A DNA stretch of 64,000 nt from positions 496,001 to 560,000 of the forward strand of contig JBDOQK010000006.1 in NCBI GenBank assembly GCA_040437565.1, given 5' to 3'. Position 1 is the first letter of the stretch; every line of letters starts with the position of its first letter. The translations under genes and the position numbers were made by a program. Shown piece by piece: positions 24,501-36,277 of the stretch. Below the pieces are notes generated by a model that ran no database searches, was not told the DNA's origin, and saw only the letters and a list, made by a program, of their open reading frames with translations. This stretch comes from Albugo candida. Its lineage: Eukaryota.

Positions 24501-26368
24501 GACAACACTTTTATGTTTCTTGACGGATGTGGTCATCTGAGTGCCTTTCATGACCAAAGTTGCTGGAATCGCTGGATTATCAGCCTCATGGTTCGGTACA
24601 AAACCATCATTAAAAGACAAATTCGTTTTCTCCTCGTATAGGAGTATGTTTTCTTGAGCAGCTTGATCGAGATGTTGTCGTATTTCGGGCCATTGATCAC
24701 CTTTATGGCCAGAAAAGTTATTCTGTCAGACAATCGCAATCAACGCAACACTTACTGACTTTGGCAATAGCCGATCGCGATAGAAAAGTCAGCTCCGAGT
24801 ATGTCGTCACAATCGCGGATACAATTCGAATATCCTTCCCGGCAAAAACTTCCAACTCTCCAAAGTGATCACCCACCTCAATTTTGGCAATTAAGATCTC
24901 TTTTCTGGCACCGGCACTTGTCAAAAGAATAGACGTCTCTCCTTTGAGAATGAAAAAGACGTGTGAAGCAATTTCATTCTGCGTATATATGTATTCGTCT
25001 TTCAGCGCATTGAACGGGTGCATCGCCATAACGAGGTCGCTAATCAGACTCTCATGACAATGACGGAAGTATGCTATGACAGCAACGATCTTGCTATTGG
25101 AATGATGAATCTACAAAGACGCATCATCAAGCTTCATTAGATGTCAAATTCAATACACAAACCATTTCATTTCGTAATGTAGTGGGTAATCGCTCAAGGA
25201 TGCGACGCTCTTTGAAAACCGAGCGGTTCTGGTAGTAATACTCAAAGTGTTCCTGTACTCTTGTCCGTAAATGCGTCGGCATACTTCGTGATATGATATA
25301 CTCTTTCACCAACAGCATTTGCTCATCGTAAAGACTGGCTTGAGCATCAAAATTGCTAACCAATGAAGAAATTGTGCCGATGACATACCCAAACAATGTC
25401 ACACCCACAGCCATGATCACAATACTCACAAGCCTTTCATAGTTGTTTTGTGCCACAATATCGCCATACCCGATCGTAGCCATGGTGACGATCGCCCAGT
25501 ACACAGACGCAAGATACTGTAAGGTCACTGGGTTTTCTCGTTTGACATCATTGTAATGAAATTCCGCGACCCAGGTCTTGGTGGAATCCGATGGAATGGT
25601 GGCACAAAAGGTCCAAATACAAGCAACCAAATGAGATACCGAGAACATCAGCAGGCCGATTTTGATCATGGATAGAATGCTTTGGTTCGTGTAAACGGCA
25701 TCTTCGAGATTCTGAAACATGGCGCTCAACTTTCGAATATGTGCCAATTTGAATAAGCGCGTGATTTTGAGACTCCGAACCAATTTTGCAGCAAGCAGCG
25801 CTTGAGAATTTGTGGATGAATGACCGCTCCATTTCGATATGGAATCGATAGGTATAGTCGACAAAAGATCGAGGAAGAACCAGCCTCTCAAATACGTTGA
25901 GGCGATAGTTTTCAGCTCATACAAAATCTCGTCATTTTGAAGCTGTACACCGGTGAAAAAGTGGAGTACAATGTCGATAGCGAAAGCTAAATCAATAGCG
26001 CTTTCAACGTACACAAGCATACCTGACGCATCTTGACGGAAGCAGATTCGATACGGTACTACAAAGGTCGTATAGATGACACAAATCGCAACTATAACGT
26101 CCCAGCAGCGCTTCAATCGAGAGTCAGGATCAACGCGTAATAAAGGCGCTTTCGCTTTTCGAGAACGACGACGAGATGTGGGTAATCCGAGCGAGACGAT
26201 ATTTTTGCGAACCGCTTTCCATAGCGAAGACCCAACAGCGGCGCTTCCATTTGCTAGTGATACTCTTCGGAAACATTTGAGATAGTACGACTTCTCTTTT
26301 GTCTTTCCCGCAGTCGGATTATCCGCCTTTGGCGATATATTGCCTTGAGGAGTGTTCGACGTCGTCAT
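21515..26368 (-). CDS. Two-repeat (6TM-pore-C-linker-CNBD)x2 K+-selective cyclic-nucleotide-binding-domain channel
   Basis: Repeat 1: WFFLDLLSTIP, pore TIGYGD, CNBD HFGELE. Intron 24755-24701 joins in frame to the linker (AKVSDQWPEIRQHL..LSFNDG). Repeat 2: FVPDLLSTLP, S4 RLTRVARLLKLVRLIRL, pore TVGYGD, second CNBD-like region. Confidence 0.85.
23642..24737. repeat. Gap-flanking direct duplication (23642-24139 = 24240-24737, two SNPs); assembly artefact
   Basis: Same sequence around gap 24140-24239 except T23808/C24406 and A24073/G24671. Confidence 0.9.
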
Positions 26369-26516
26369 TTACAGGCGATCAGATCGCTTGAACGGGAGTA
26401 ATCGTCTTAAGCCTTTGACTGTGAGCTAAAAATAATCGTAAAGAGCACCCGAGTACTTCTTCGACTGTATTGCGACTTCCTTACAACCAAAGAAGACGAC
26501 ATTATATGTAAACGCA

Positions 26517-28969
26517 CTACAATTCTTTGATTGCGGTATTCGCACTTTTCGAGGTTTTTGAAGCATGATTGATTTTTGGAGTATTGGGGAACATATGAGC
26601 CAGGAGAAGAACCACCACGCAAATGACTTGGGGCAAAAAGTACCACGATGCCCACAACTTTAGACATCTGCGTATATCCAGAATTTGAAATGCAATTCCC
26701 CCATATTGCATCGCAATCCAAGTAAGAAAAACACCAGCAATATCGTATAAAAATGCGAGCGGATGTGACTTCCCCTTCCAGTAGGAGATGAAGATTGCAT
26801 GAGAATGGGCTGAGCGATCTTCCGTGTAATGAAAGAACGGGCGTAATCGACGACGAAGCTCTGGATATTGAATGTCAGACATTTAGTATGGAATGAATAA
26901 TGCGGTATTTCTTCTTACGCTTGCCGACTTCGATGTACAAAGCGCTTAAAATGAAGAACAGGTAGTAACCCGGTGAAAGACCCTAAAGAAAAGAGACGAC
27001 GTATTGAAACTTCGCAGGGAAGCAATGGACGCTGTACTTACATGCCATAACGCACTGATAAAAAACGAGCTGATTGTTGATATCATTGTAGGCTTGCCCG
27101 TACTTTTCGACAGAAATACGCGCTGATAAACATCTACAAGATCGCGAGCATGTGAGTTGCTCCCTACAGACGATGAGGTGCGCTTACAAGTGTTTATCCA
27201 CCGAGCCACACCGATGTTCCAGCTATTGATACAAACTCGCACATTTGGTGGTATCTCCACACAAAGAAGATTGTTATTCGTGATCCCATTCCTGTAAGAG
27301 AGAGGAGTCGAATACGTCATGAAGGCGCAAAATATGATAGCCATACCACTTTCCAGTGCTCGGTACGTATCCGACACCAGCAAATGCGCTGGCAGCCTCA
27401 GCTAGAGACCATACAACGTACTACCCGAAGGATGATAACACGAGATAATCATACTGCGGACTTGCCATCAAAGCGTCATGTACATACATATCGGAATCGA
27501 TGCAGCATAACTGACATACACATGAGTAAACATCGCACTGCCCAAGGTTTCTCACGATGGAAATCAGGTGCATCGATACGCTCGATCGGATAGCGAAATG
27601 ATGCAGCTAACCCAGCACCAGAGATCTAATCCAACATTTAGATACTCCAAGATCGTGACAACATACAACTCACCAATATTAGGATAAAGTTGCGAACACA
27701 GACCAACAACGGTGGAAATCGACATTCTCTCATCCAATATAAATAATCTTTAAACTCAAAAAGCGGACCGACCAGGAAACCAGGATAAAACAACACAAAG
27801 CCTGCACCGTTGAAAGAGCCTTATTTAGTATTTCTTCATGATACCAAGTTTGAAAGTCTACCGAGAATTGACAGAAGAGGTGGCACTTCCTGAAGTTGAT
27901 TCTTCTTTATTAGCGGTGTTTTTCGATCTGCAGGCAATATAGCGTCGCTATAATTAATGGCAATACTGCTTAGCTTGAGCGTCACGATCATTTGGGATGC
28001 ATCCCATGCGATATCCGGTGCATGAAATTCGCGATAATAATGACATGCCAGCAAATAGACAAACAACGCGCTGGTTATCAGCTTTCCCGCAATTCTCCTA
28101 ATTAAAGTATGATATAATCTTATATTGAGGATGATAGTCGCGAAGCACTGACCTCGGGCACAGATGTAAAGCTACATAGAACAAAAAGACTGTCAACAAA
28201 GAATGAATGATCGCATAATCAAACACGAAAATTCCAGCCATAATTCCCAGTAATACATTCCATATGTGTCCTATAGTATTAAAAGGAGTATAAACGTGCT
28301 TTCGAGTCTTTCTTATCACGCAACAAACGCGAGTTTTCTGTGCCGCATAGATGAATAGACGGTGCGATGATGCAACTTGCAACCAGTGCNNNNNNNNNNN
28401 NNNNNNNNNNNNNNNNNNNNNNNNNNNNNNNNNNNNNNNNNNNNNNNNNNNNNNNNNNNNNNNNNNNNNNNNNNNNNNNNNNNNNNNNNCGATCATTTGG
28501 GATGCATCCCATGCGATATCCGGTGCATGAAATTCGCGATAATAATGACATGCCAGCAAATAGACAAACAACGCGCTGGTTATCAGCTTTCCCGCAATTC
28601 TCCTAATTAAAGTATGATATAATCTTATATTGAGGATGATAGTCGCGAAGCACTGACCTCGGGCACAGATGTAAAGCTACATAGAACAAAAAGACTGTCA
28701 ACAAAGAATGAATGATCGCATAATCAAACACGAAAATTCCAGCCATAATTCCCAGTAATACATTCCATATGTGTCCTATAGTATTAAAAGGAGTATAAAC
28801 GTGCTTTCGAGTCTTTCTTATCACGCAACAAACGCGAGTTTTCTGTGCCGCATAGATGAATAGACGGTGCGATGATGCAACTTGCAACCAGTGCCATCAT
28901 GAGACGAAAGGATTGCACTGGTAATCCGCCATCAATTGCAAAAGAATCCAACTGATTCCGTGACCACAT
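26517..28969 (-). CDS. MBOAT-family lysophospholipid acyltransferase (multi-exon)
   Basis: SQMIVTLKLSSIA, GFLVGP, NSWNIGVARW, ISALWH (catalytic His) and GYYLFF motifs spread across exons. Confidence 0.9.
27985..28894. repeat. Gap-flanking direct duplication (27985-28389 = 28490-28894); assembly artefact
   Basis: Same sequence around gap 28390-28489. Confidence 0.9.
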
Positions 28970-29015
28970 TCCGAAAAGCTTTTTTATGTAATAACATATA
29001 AATTAGGACATTGAC

Positions 29016-30283
29016 ATGCTACGCCGCTTGCATGCATGCAGTCGGATTGGTCGTCAAGCAGCCGCGATAGCCATTTTTGGAGGCTCCTGTTTGACTTGTA
29101 GCTATTCAGAAGGTCGAATATACTCCAGCGGGTACGCCGATTCCATACACAATATATTTGAGGAGATATCCACGTGTTTGTGGTGAAAGCGAAATCTTGG
29201 GTCGTGGGGTCCGACTGGAATTTTGGAAAGCAAAGGTTTGAGCAAATATGCAGCGCAACTATTTATCCATATTAATAGTGAAAATAGCACCCAAACATTG
29301 TCATATTGGACCTCGATCATGAGATTGTCCGGCTCGGAATGACACGAGTTCGAAAGGCTGAATGCGAAGGTGCTCGACCTCACGTGATTTTGAATCATTG
29401 TCGATATATCGGTCATTTCTAGGGGAAAATTTCATTCATGATGCAAATGCTATCATGCGCACAGTGGTCAATTTCGCATTAGCTGAGCTCCCAAAAAACG
29501 ATGACATAGTAGTGACCACATCTGAAGGACATCAATGCAAAGGAAGCGAGTTGGCTTGCTTGATTTACGGCGTCTCAATGGCGACCAGCCCAGTTATTCA
29601 AAGCGAGTAAGGAAACGAAAGTTTGAGTTGAAGATTGGAATGAGGAAATAATTCTTGTCGGCAGATTGCAGCAGGTGCTCCGGGATGTACTTCCCAGTGA
29701 TTCTGTCTTAAGTTGCGTGCAGATCGAGCAAGGCAGAAACGGTTGCTACAAGGTACGAGATGATCGCTTTCGGCTCCATCATGTCTATTGTTACTTTTCC
29801 ACTATTTTCAGTTCTTAGCCTCCACTTCTCCGGATACGATTGAAGATCATGAGATCCTTGTATTGATTCCGGAAATATCAGACGTAGAATGCGTCATCGG
29901 ATTTATACATGTTCTCGAGATAGCTTTTGAACACGTTAAACCTTTGCTAATCTGGAAAATGTAGTATCTTGCTCAGCACGGAGTTGAAAAAGACAAGATC
30001 ACTGTGGCCACACTGGTCATTCATCGTGAAGCTGCTGATAAGTTTTGTCAGGTAAAGAAGCACTTCGCCGTCCTGCTGTGATCCCTGATGTCTAAAATTT
30101 GCTTATACGCCACTCTAGGTATGCAAGGAGACGCGTCTCGTTACTGCTTCATTTGATGCTGCAAAAGGCAGTGATGGCTATATAGTTCCAGGTATCGGTA
30201 ATTTCGAGGAGCGATATGCCTCACTCGTGTCGGACACATCTTGCGACAACCAGGACCTCTCTTGTTCTTCACAATCAAGATGA
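29016..30283 (+). CDS. Divergent uracil phosphoribosyltransferase-like protein (multi-exon)
   Basis: Spliced segments HPNIVIL..MTRVR, FIHDANAIMRTVVNFALAELP..VTTSEG..GVSM, HGVEKDKI and GYIVPGIGNFEERY align in order with eukaryotic UPRT motifs. Confidence 0.75.
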
Positions 30284-30983
30284 ATATGATTTTCTCGCTA
30301 TTTGTATACGGGTAAAGGCGTACCTCTTTCCACCGCATCAAATCGCTTCCTCCGAATTTCGGAGATAGATAAATGAAAATTTACATATCGTAAATTATGA
30401 CCCACTATTTGCAAGTATGGCTGCCAGAGCGTGGCAGCTAGGTGTAGATGCCATGCAGATCCGTACGATATCATTTTGTGCAGTTTTATCACGTTGGATA
30501 TATGCAGTCAGCGTATTTCCAAGAGATCGCACCTATCCTCCTCCAGCGACATCGAGATAATTCTCCCTTGCGCATAATAGTCGAGCCAGTCCGACAAGTG
30601 ATCGATGCACATAGCATCAAATAAGTGCTGTTCATTTGAAGGATAAATTGACACGGTAGAGAAGTGGCACATATGTCACAAAGAAGTTTTATACGAGCTC
30701 ATGGATGGGGTACTGTTTGATCTATCTGATCTCATACCAGGCCAGGGCAAATGAGTGATTCACATTCGCAGGAAATTAACACGTCCTTACTGCTACCCCG
30801 ACTATGCTTGACTTTACACAGAGCAGTGACACAGAATTGTGAAGCCTCCCTACTCAATTGCACAAATCAAATTTCTATTTGGACGTTTCGTCACGATAAA
30901 AAAATTACTGTACCAGAATTAACCCAAATCGAATTTCATTAAATTCGGTCTGAATACAATTTATTGGCGACCGTAAATTTAGT

Positions 30984-33900
30984 ATGCGGAGACAACATGG
31001 ATTTTTACTTCCGTGTCTTGCTATTGTGAGCTCCATCTTGACACTTTTGTTTTTCTTTGATTATCTTCGGGCACTTCAGTTTCCCACAAGATGCACAATG
31101 ACTCTCTCGTCCCCTGTGTACACTTTGACAAGTGGCGATTCCACTGAAGGCTTAGGATGGGGTCCCAAGTTTCATCCTAGATATCGTCTGTACGCACTGC
31201 ACACGAGACAATTGCGTCAAAACCTGACAGGATACCCAGTGATTTTTGTTCCTGGGCAGAGGGGGAGCTATAAACAAGCACGCTCCATTGGTCGACATTT
31301 CGATAATTTGAATGCAACCACATTTGATCTTTTCGCAATTGATTTCAACGAGGAATGGAGTGCCCTTAGTGGGGAGTTGATTTCAATGGAGTCATATTTT
31401 ATCAATGAGTGTATCCAAGCGATTCTCAGCCAATACCGGATACAAGAAAAGGACAGAAAAGTGCACTACGCTCTACCTCAATCTGTCATTGTGATTGCCC
31501 ATTCGATGGGTGCAATCGCAGCTCAATATGCAAAAAACATGAAAAACTACAAGCGAAATTCGATACAGCATGTGTTTTTCCTCGGTGCACCTTTTCAGAA
31601 CCGGCCTAATCCATTTGATCCAAGTATGTACGAAATTTACAAAGACATTCGCTCCTATTTCGACTCGAATGAAAATATAACGACCTACGTCTCCATCTCA
31701 GGCGGATACAAAGATATTATGGTTCCATCGGCCTCATCAATTTTTCCTCGTGTCGAACAAGATTTGCTCACTGGATCAGTTTTTGAAGCATCCAGTGAAG
31801 CACTTGAAAGTCATATGTCTGAAGAGAAGAGAGAAGCATCCGGCTGGAGTAATGGATTCGGTATGTCTCTCCTAACTACAGCCATTCCGAATGTCAATAC
31901 AACAACTGATCATTATGGTTTATTGTGGTGTTTTCAATTACTTCAGATTATTGTGAAGAGTATCAATGGCGTTTTAATAAAAGACTTGAACACATCAACA
32001 GTACGTTTGATCAATGATGGAAAGGAACGGCTGATCATATCCAAGAGCATTCTGCTTGGCAATAACGCTACTTTTGAAAGTATTAGTCACATTGCTAAGA
32101 GAATGGAATATGGGTACACCGATGCTAATGATCATGGCGCATATAGTTTAGTACTACCGAACTGGATTTGGAGGCTTTTTCGCTTATACTTTGCTGAGTT
32201 GTGGACACTCACTTCGTCGCTTATCTTCTGCATTTTTGCATTGCAATTACAAACTTGGCAACGAGATGACCATCGGGATTTGCCAACCTCTGTTTGTCAA
32301 AACCCCCAACTCCGTGCTGGGTCGTTCCCACCTCTCGCTTGTTGCTTACACCCGTTCCAACTATTTTCGTTTCCATTGCCTACAGTTCGCCTTAGCTTCT
32401 TACTTAGTGATGCAGGATTCTGGAGGCAATGCAGACGTCAAGCCAATATTTGTAGAGTGGTTATTCCCGCACTAGTGTTCACGCTCTGTCTGGTAGCTTG
32501 GAGCGCATCTGTATCTGTCAGCTCCTTTTTCAACGCAATTCCGGATTTCTTTTTTCATGAGCAACTTTTAACGCGATTTCTCATTATCAGTGCATCGTGT
32601 GTGCATGTGGTTGGAATGCTTTACGTATCAGCAATCACCATTGATATCACCTGCAGGAATGTACTAGCACCTATCTACTCGTTCTGGATTGTACATTTAC
32701 TCAAGTTACGGCTACCACGAGCTCTTTCCATACTCGGAATTTATAGTGGTGTGTCTCTATGTGTGATATTCACGTCTGGAGAATTCAATGTGAATCAAGT
32801 TTTGGCTGCAACTGTATTGATTACAGTTNNNNNNNNNNNNNNNNNNNNNNNNNNNNNNNNNNNNNNNNNNNNNNNNNNNNNNNNNNNNNNNNNNNNNNNN
32901 NNNNNNNNNNNNNNNNNNNNNNNNNNNNGTTGGAATGCTTTACGTATCAGCAATCACCATTGATATCACCTGCAGGAATGTACTAGCACCTATCTACTCG
33001 TTCTGGATTGTACATTTACTCAAGTTACGGCTACCACGAGCTCTTTCCATACTCGGAATTTATAGTGGTGTGTCTCTATGTGTGATATTCACGTCTGGAG
33101 AATTCAATGTGAATCAAGTTTTGGCTGCAACTGTATTGATTACAGTTCTATTTGTGATCATTTCTTTAGGTTCACTCGCTAGTGGGGTTCAACTCACAAC
33201 GCCAGTCACGGAAGATCATTTTAACTACCGTCAATCTTTGAGTCTCATTCTCGCGTTATCGTGTCTTAGTTGGGCTGGAAATCTTGTCTACGCTTGGTAT
33301 ATCCTGATGAAGCCGGCGATTGTATGGAACAATACCTTCGCTTGGAATTCACTACAAATGCTGGCAATGTTGTGGATCATATTGTACTTGATACTTTTTG
33401 CACATGATAACATGCTGCCTAGGCCACCTTCTGCTGTATTCCAAGAGAATGGCGACCGAGACATGGCAATGACATCAAACGACCCAAATCGACGTTTCAT
33501 GCGGCACAGTAGCAAGATATCAAAGCATGATAAAGCTATATCGGTCGAAGAATGTCCACATTGTGTATTTGAAGACGGCGGTGACGGTGCCATATACGTC
33601 GAATGTGAGGTGTCAAAATATGCAAACAGCAAGACGACAAGTGATATTTGGCTCGGCCCGACCTTCAAAGTCGTGGCATGTGACTGTTTTCATCGATACA
33701 GAAATGAACCGAGTCTTCATTGTGACTTCTGTCGTAGAGTCTGTCGTCTATGTGGTGGAGGCAGCGGGAACCGAGATGAAGCATTGCGCTTCGAGCGGTA
33801 TCTAAGTGAAAATAGAATGCAGTCGACGATACAATGGATGATACCGTACTGCTTACGATTTGGTGCATTCATGCAGATTATTTTCATTCCTCAGGCCATG

Positions 33901-34029
33901 TCAGCTCACTGGCTGTACTACTCGTCACTTTACGTATCAATATTGATACTAGCGTGCCACAAGCTCCCACTTCTCGGTGTGAAATCAGAAGCCTGGTTAT
34001 GGTCAGCTACGAAACCAAAGCAGAATTGA
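30984..34029 (+). CDS. PGAP1: GPI inositol deacylase PGAP1/Bst1-like
   Basis: N-terminal TM, VIFVPGQRGSYKQARS, AHSMG nucleophile elbow, SGGYKDIMV, TDHYGLLWC and a multi-TM C-terminus. One ORF once the gap duplication is collapsed. Confidence 0.88.
32610..33147. repeat. Gap-flanking direct duplication (32610-32828 = 32929-33147); assembly artefact
   Basis: Same sequence around gap 32829-32928. Confidence 0.9.
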
Positions 34030-34330
34030 CAAAGCAGGCGTTGATTAGCAATGCAATAAACCATTTGTTCCGATATTGTTGGCACCTTGGTGCTAGAGTT
34101 ATGAAATACGTTCGGGTTGTCTCTGCACTTGTTGCTGTGCTCCATCTAATAATAGCTACGTATACCACAGATCGAAGTTGTACGTGTGTACATNNNNNNN
34201 NNNNNNNNNNNNNNNNNNNNNNNNNNNNNNNNNNNNNNNNNNNNNNNNNNNNNNNNNNNNNNNNNNNNNNNNNNNNNNNNNNNNNNNNNNNNNGACAATA
34301 CGCAGAACTAGCACGGCGTCGTATGCAGTT

Positions 34331-35160
34331 GGAAAGCAAGCACCCGGCGCATTTGTCCATGACCTCATAACGTCAAAATGGATACAATGCAATGCTGGAA
34401 ACTACCATGATCACCTCATTACGTCTTTATGGTAGTTGACAGAGCTAGCTGGGAATCAAGCATCCGACGCAATTGTCCATGACCTCATAACGTCAAAATG
34501 GATACAATGCAATGCTGGAAACTACCATGATCACCTCATTACGTCTTTATGGTAGTTGACAGAGCTAGCTGGGAATCAAGCATCCGACGCAATTGTCCAT
34601 GACCTCATAACGTCAAAATGGATACAATGCAATGCTGGAAACTACCATGATCACCTCATTACGTCTTTATGGTAGTTGACAGAGCTAGCTGGGAATCAAG
34701 CATCCGACGCAATTGTCCATGACCTCATAACGTCAAAATGGATACAATGCAATGCTGGAAACTACCATGATCACCTCATTACGTCTTTATGGTAGTTGAC
34801 AGAGCTAGCTGGGAATCAAGCATCCGACGCAATTGTCCATGACCTCATAACGTCAAAATGGATACAATGCAATGCTGGAAACTACCATGATCACCTCATT
34901 ACGTCTTTATGGTAGTTGACAGAGCTAGCTGGGAAAGCAAGCACCCGGCGCATTTGTCCATGACCTCATAACGTCAAAATGGATACAATGCAATGCTGGA
35001 AACTACCATGATCACCTCATTACGTCTTTATGGTAGTTGACAGAGCTAGCTGGGAATCAAGCATCCGACGCAATTGTCCACGACCTCATCACGTCAATTT
35101 GGATACACTGCAAAAGTGCTTTGAACTGCTTTTGATGACCTCATTACGTCATCATGGATT
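34331..35160. repeat. Tandem array of a 120-bp unit (6 full units plus a diverged 7th)
   Basis: Exact 120-bp periodicity from 34331. Units 2-5 are identical, and units 1 and 6 share a variant segment. Confidence 0.97.
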
Positions 35161-36277
35161 CTGCTGTCTGATTGTAGCTTGTTGAGTTGCAGTACTTAAT
35201 TGTAGTTAATATAAGTTGTGTTGTTATCCTGGTAGTTATTTTTTTCTTGCGTTACCGTCAAGGCTTTGATTAGTGTTCTTACGTTAGAAGCCTAATATGC
35301 TTGGTTTATTGCACTTATAGTTATTTCAGACCTTCAGATTTGCCTAATGTTCGTGATTAGTTGTGCAAATAGTCTAAACATTAGTTAATTATTTTTTCCA
35401 TTCAGGTTTACCACCTCGATTGCGAGTTGCTTGACTCAGTAAACACCTTAGTCACATACATATCTTATCACAGAAATGACATCGTGCACTCACTCAACAC
35501 ATCATATTTACGTGGATCAACAATGCTACAGAAGTCCGTATAAATACGTATAGTGAAGCTGAGGTATGTGATATTCCGCGAGCAGACAATCAGCGATTGA
35601 CACTTGGTGGGCACGGTATCTGTGAATAAGAGCCGTCATACATGACACCACATACTGCTACAAAAATCAATTCTGTTTAACACCATGCTCTCTGTAAGAA
35701 GTTTATACACTGCGAAGATGCACATTACAAAATTGCAACATGAAGCTGAAATCGTCAGATTTCCAAAACAAGATGGTGGTGCATGCATTATATATTGACG
35801 ACACGAGTATTCGCCACTCAGACACTTGTACTTCTCATCTTGCATCAGTTCGGCACAAAATGACTGTTCACCATTCCAAAGACACATTGCGAGATTGTAC
35901 AGATCAGAAACACAATATCCCTTTACGCTGTAAATGCCAAAGTATATTCAAACAAGCAAACCAGAGACCGCGTGGAGTCTGTCCTCTGCGAACCAGCTCA
36001 ATTCAAAAATCCAATGCACAAATCTTGACAGTCACGTTCATCTGCAATGGGGATTGGCTTTTGACCATGTTCTTCAGCACAAGAACGAAACTCTCAAATT
36101 CAACGCCTGTCGATTCACTACACAGCGCCACTGAAGGCATTTTGACTCCAGTCTTGTGAAACCATAATTACAAGAAGATTTTATAGATCAGCCCAAGATG
36201 CAGGAAGGTTTGGTCAAAGTAATTGAACAGAGTAACAATACGCGAAAATATGAGACAGTATGACTATAAAAACGTTA

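Noticed and set aside
34331-35160. CRISPR array
   Set aside because: The sequences between motifs are identical from unit to unit (no unique spacers), there are no cas genes, and the context is eukaryotic.
34331-35160. 5S rRNA, tRNA-Met, hammerhead ribozyme or C/D snoRNA array
   Set aside because: No 5S-like sequence despite the 120-bp length. CTCATAA resembles a Met anticodon loop but there is no cloverleaf or T-loop. No CTGANGA hammerhead core on either strand. RTGATGA occurs only in the terminal unit, with no visible downstream box D.
35250-36270. Coding gene (ORF 35740-36159) next to the array
   Set aside because: No recognisable domain or convincing splice model; left unannotated.
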